NCBI RefSeq assembly: GCF_001194135.2
Contig: NC_069002.1
Span: forward strand, 7,128,429 to 7,184,674
From: Octopus bimaculoides
Taxonomy: Eukaryota
DNA length: 56,246 nt
Direction: 5' to 3'
The notes under the pieces were generated by a model that worked only from the letters and a program-made list of their open reading frames with translations, made no database searches and was not told the origin of the DNA. The translations under genes and the position numbers were made by a program. Below, one piece after another: positions 51,965 through 56,246 of this stretch; position 1 is the stretch's first letter, and every line of letters starts with the position of its first letter.

Positions 51965-52500
51965 GACGTAGCTTTCAAATCTGGTAGTTTCCCCAAGCAT
52001 CTGGAGCACTGATACTAAAACTTGAATATTGCTTCCAAATCTGGAAAATTAGTCAGTTGTCTCTTGCGCTGCTCCCAAATTCAGAACAATATTGACGCAC
52101 CTGGAAAACTGTTCTCAAATCCGGATCATTACAAACTCATACAAGACGCTGCTCCCAAATCCGGAACGCTTTTCGCGCGTATGGATTACTGCTTCCAAAT
52201 GCGGTAGACTATTGAAACACGTGGAACGACACTCTCAAAATGGGATATTATTCACGCATCTGAAATGCTGCTTCCATATCTGGAACGCTACTCACGCATC
52301 TGGGACTCTGCTTAAGCAACCGAAACGCTACACTCAAATCTGGAACTTTGCTCGCACATACGTCATGCTGCTCTGAAATGTGGAACATTGTTACACATTT
52401 GGTTGCTTCCAAATCCAGAACAGAACTTCAACTTCTAGAATACTTTCAGATCTGAAACGAATTTCCCAGATCTGCAAAACTACTCTCAAACCATAAGCTC
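51965..52500. repeat. Degenerate minisatellite, ~20-bp unit with a 40-bp higher-order period
   Basis: CAAAT(C/T)(T/C)GG-like core at 51976, 52036, 52076, 52116, 52156, 52196, 52236, 52275, 52335 and 52410, interleaved with CACGCATCTGG-type units. Confidence 0.8.
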
Positions 52501-52519
52501 TGCTTCGGCAGCTGTGTAG

Positions 52520-52585
52520 GAGCGGTAAGAAGAGGAGTTGGAGGGAGAGGAGGAGTATGAGGAAGTGGAGAAGTATGAGGGAGAA

Positions 52586-52641
<56 letters not shown>

Positions 52642-53220
52642 AGAAGAAGAAGAAGAAGAAGAAGAAGAAGAGGAAAAGGTGGGAGGATCAAGTAGGAGGA
52701 GGAAGAGTAGGAGATGGGAAGGGAAAAGAAGTAGACGAAATGAGGAGAATAACAAGAAGAAGAAAAAGGAGAGGGATGAGACGACGACGACGTCGAAGAA
52801 GAAGGAGAAGAGGAGGAAGAAGAATAAGAAGAAGAAAAAGAAAAAGAAGAAGAAGAAGAAGAAGAAGAAGAAGAGAGAGAGAGAGGAGGGGAGGAATAAT
52901 TAAAATAACAAGAAGAATTAAGTAGACGATCGGGGAAAACGAAGAAGAAGCGGAGGAGGAAGAAGAAGAACAAGAAGATAAGGAGGAAGAGAAGAAGAAG
53001 ACGAGAAAGTGGAAGTAAAAAAAAAAAAACGGAGGCAGGAAAAAATACCAACAAAAAGGCATGAAAGATGAAGGTATTGGAAGAAGTTGACGAAGAAAGT
53101 AGCAGATAAAAATGGACAACAACATCAACAATAACTACAACAACAAACAACATCAACAACAACAGCAACATCAACGATATCAACAGCATAAAAGCAACAG
53201 CACTAAAAAAAACAGCACCA
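52520..53220. repeat. (GAA)/(GGA) polypurine tract followed by a (CAA)-rich tract
   Basis: Direct reading; source of the poly-E and poly-K ORFs. Confidence 0.9.
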
Positions 53221-53861
53221 AAACAACAACAACATCATAGCAACAAAACCGGGATAACAACAATAAACAAACAGTACGGCGTGTGTGTTTGAAAGATAAA
53301 TGATGTTATTGAAACGGAACCGTTCTGATTTAGTGTGTACGTGTGTGTGTGTGTGTTTGTGTGAGTTTGTGTGTGGGNNNNNNNNNNNNNNNNNNNNNNN
53401 NNNNNNNNNNNNNNNNNNNNNNNNNNNNNNNNNNNNNNNNNNNNNNNNNNNNNNNNNNNNNNNNNNNNNNNNNNNNNNNNNNNNNNNNNNNNNNNNNNNN
53501 NNNNNNNNNNNNNNNNNNNNNNNNNNNNNNNNNNNNNNNNNNNNNNNNNNNNNNNNNNNNNNNNNNNNNNNNNNNNNNNNNNNNNNNNNNNNNNNNNNNN
53601 NNNNNNNNNNNNNNNNNNNNNNNNNNNNNNNNNNNNNNNNNNNNNNNNNNNNNNNNNNNNNNNNNNNNNNNNNNNNNNNNNNNNNNNNNNNNNNNNNNNN
53701 NNNNNNNNNNNNNNNNNNNNNNNNNNNNNNNNNNNNNNNNNNNNNNNNNNNNNNNNNNNNNNNNNNNNNNNNNNNNNNNNNNNNNNNNNNNNNNNNNNNN
53801 NNNNNNNNNNNNNNNNNNNNNNNNNNNNNNNNNNNNNNNNNNNNNNNNNNNNNNNNNNNNN

Positions 53862-53898
<37 letters not shown>

Positions 53899-54187
53899 CT
53901 GTATGTATATTAGATATGGTGTTATTAATAATATACAACACTGGCGTTCATTGTTTCTTAGACAATGTGGAACTTGTGTGTATGTGTGTGTGTAGATATA
54001 TACATACATACATACATACGGGCGTACATACAAGCATACATATATACATACGTATATGCGTATGTATATGTATGTATGTATGTATGTACTTATGTATGTA
54101 TATATGTGGGTAGCTATGAAAGTCGTAACCAACCACAGAAATATATTCTCTAAAAGGAGTTTATATATATTATGTCTGTTAACTGAA

Positions 54188-54273
<86 letters not shown>

Positions 54274-54933
54274 TATAAATATATATGTAAAACATCTTCG
54301 TACATGTATACACACACAAACATATGTATATGTTCAAGTATATATGTGTTTATCTTTTCTCTGTATGTATCTATGTATAAATATATNNNNNNNNNNATAT
54401 ATATATATATATATATATATAAATGTATATGGCTTTCAATGTATTTAGTGTGTTTGATGTGATTCTAGTTAGTTATCAAAAGAATCAATTAACGAATAAA
54501 TGAAAGAAAAGATGTGAGAAGCAGAGAATGAGCGGTAGGACGGCATGAGGAAACAAATAGTGACGCTGGGAAATGAGAGTTATGTAGGAGAAGAAAGGAC
54601 CCAAGAGAGCGTGATGACAGCCATGATGCTACGGCAGATACATACTGGAATGTATATTTATATATACATACGTGGATAAATGAAGGAACATAGGTAGATA
54701 TAAGGGAGTGGGTGTGAGGGAGACAGACAAGGAGGGAAAGGATGTGGAGGAAAATGAGGAAGAGGATGTGAAATTGTAGGCGTAGAGGAGGTAAAATGAT
54801 GATGATCAATAAGAAGAGTCAGGGCAGGCGACGAATAACTTAATTGAAATTAGTAGAAGTAGCAAGAGCAACATTAGCATCATCATAATCATCATCATCA
54901 TCATCATCATCATCAGTAGCAGCGGAAGTAACA

Positions 54934-54995
54934 GTACTTAATTAATCGACCCCAGTACTTAATTAATCGACCCCGGTACTTAATTAATCGACCCC
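54934..54995. repeat. 21-bp tandem repeat x3
   Basis: GTACTTAATTAATCGACCCC at 54934, 54955 and 54976. Confidence 0.95.
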
Positions 54996-55346
54996 GAAAG
55001 GATGAAAGCAAAGTCGACTTCGGCGGAATTTGAACTCAGACCATAACAGCAGACGAAATACCGCTAAGTGTTTCGCCCGGCGTGCTAACGTTTCTGCCAG
55101 CTCGCCGTCTTAATAATCTTCTCTACTCTAGGCACAAGTCCCAATATTTTGGGGGAGGGGGCCAGTTGATAAGATCAACTCGAGTACTTCAATTAGCGAC
55201 CCCAAAAAGATGAAAGGCAAAGACGACTTCGGCGGAATTTGAACTAAGAACGTAAAGACAGACGAAATACCGCTAAACATTTTGCCCGGCGTGCTAAGAT
55301 TTCTGCCAGCTCGCCGCCTTATGACGATAGTGATGATAATAATAAC

Positions 55347-55399
<53 letters not shown>

Positions 55400-55658
55400 T
55401 AATAATGATGATTTCAAATTTTTCCTACAATGGCAGCTTGGGGGATAGGGATTAAGTCGTTTACATCGACCACAGTGCGTCATTCATTCTTATTTAATCG
55501 ACCCTGGAAGAATGAAGGGCAAAGCCGACCTCGGCGGAATTTGAACTCAGAACGTAAAGACGGACGAAACACCGCTAAGCATTTTGTCCGGCCTGCTAAC
55601 AATTCTTTTCCTTTCTATTCTAGGCACAAGGACCGAAATTTTGGAGGGACGGGGCAAG

Positions 55659-55739
55659 TCGATTAGATCGACCCCCGTACGCAACTGGTACTTAATTATA
55701 AATTAAGTACCAGTTGCGTACGGAGGTCGATCTAATCGA
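55659..55739. repeat. 39-bp inverted repeat with 3-nt loop
   Basis: TCGATTAGATCGACCCCCGTACGCAACTGGTACTTAATT-ATA-AATTAAGTACCAGTTGCGTACGGAGGTCGATCTAATCGA; 38 of 39 positions pair. Confidence 0.95.
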
Positions 55740-56179
55740 AAGGATGAAAGGCAATGTCGACCTCGGCGGAATTTGAATAATAGTAGTAATTATGATGCGA
55801 TAAGGGTTATTGACTTCATTCGTAAATACAGTCACCCTCTTCAATTAAGTCGGCGATGGCGGCGGCGGCGTCGATCGGAAGAAGAAGAAGAAAGAGAAGA
55901 AGAAAGAAGAAGGAAAAGACGATGACAATGACGACGACGATGACGATGACAGCAACGACGACGACGATTAAAAGAGGTCAAAATGGTGAGTCTGGCTATC
56001 AGTGAGATTTCAAATACTCAATTTTAATGTCGTCACATTTTCGAAATTCAATCAAAAGATATGACAGATGGCTGTAATAGTTTGCTATTCTTGTGTGTCT
56101 TTTATTCTTGTGATCAAGACGTTTCCGCTAATTCAAACTCCCCCCACTCACATCGCCCACAACCTGTCTGCTCCCATCA

Positions 56180-56246
<67 letters not shown>

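Larger units (their letters stand above)
54934..55778 (-). mobile_element. Array of four same-orientation SINE family C copies (~54934-55110, 55118-55320, 55390-55603, 55605-55778)
   Basis: GATGAAAGGCAAAGTCGACCTCGGCGGAATTTGAAC and close variants occur four times. Minus-strand heads read GGCGAGCTGGCAGAA...GTTCAAATTCCGCCGA (A/B boxes), followed by a GCCTTTCATCCTTTCGGGGTCGAT central domain. Confidence 0.9.

Noticed and set aside
51965-52500. CRISPR-like periodic repeats
   Set aside because: The units are degenerate and contiguous, with no unique spacers or cas genes, in a eukaryotic context.
55856-55991. ATGGCGGCG start open to a G|GTGAGT donor (MAAAASIGRRRR...)
   Set aside because: The body is GAA/GAC simple repeat and there is no promoter evidence; a chance open frame is likely.

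Overview
Eukaryotic, AT-rich, extremely microsatellite-dense draft-assembly window with 27 N gaps totalling about 11 kb (~20%). The SINE families, SSR style and TE content look like an octopus genome. That assignment is pattern recognition, not a search result. I can recognise no host protein-coding gene, rRNA, tRNA or CRISPR array, and nearly all ORFs in the track are simple-repeat or gap artefacts. Supported content: three tRNA-derived SINE families (A, B, C; about 15 copies or fragments); four degenerate Penelope-like retroelement fragments (RT with RYIDD, WFNPP linker twice, GIY-YIG); CR1-, RTE- and R4/Dong-like LINE scraps; a solitary C2H2 finger; a mariner N-terminus; an internally deleted DD37D (maT) transposon; a 20/40-bp minisatellite; and many SSRs. 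The most notable observations are (i) a complete minimal type-I hammerhead ribozyme fold on the minus strand at 50133-50169 with a non-canonical CUGUUGA core, about 430 bp from a Penelope RT fragment; (ii) a 39-bp fold-back hairpin inside a four-copy SINE array; (iii) a 17-bp inverted repeat carrying P3 homeodomain palindromes that also sequesters a candidate 5' splice site; and (iv) motif-dense unique islands and a few splice-site-bounded exon candidates. All coordinates and alignments were read by eye.
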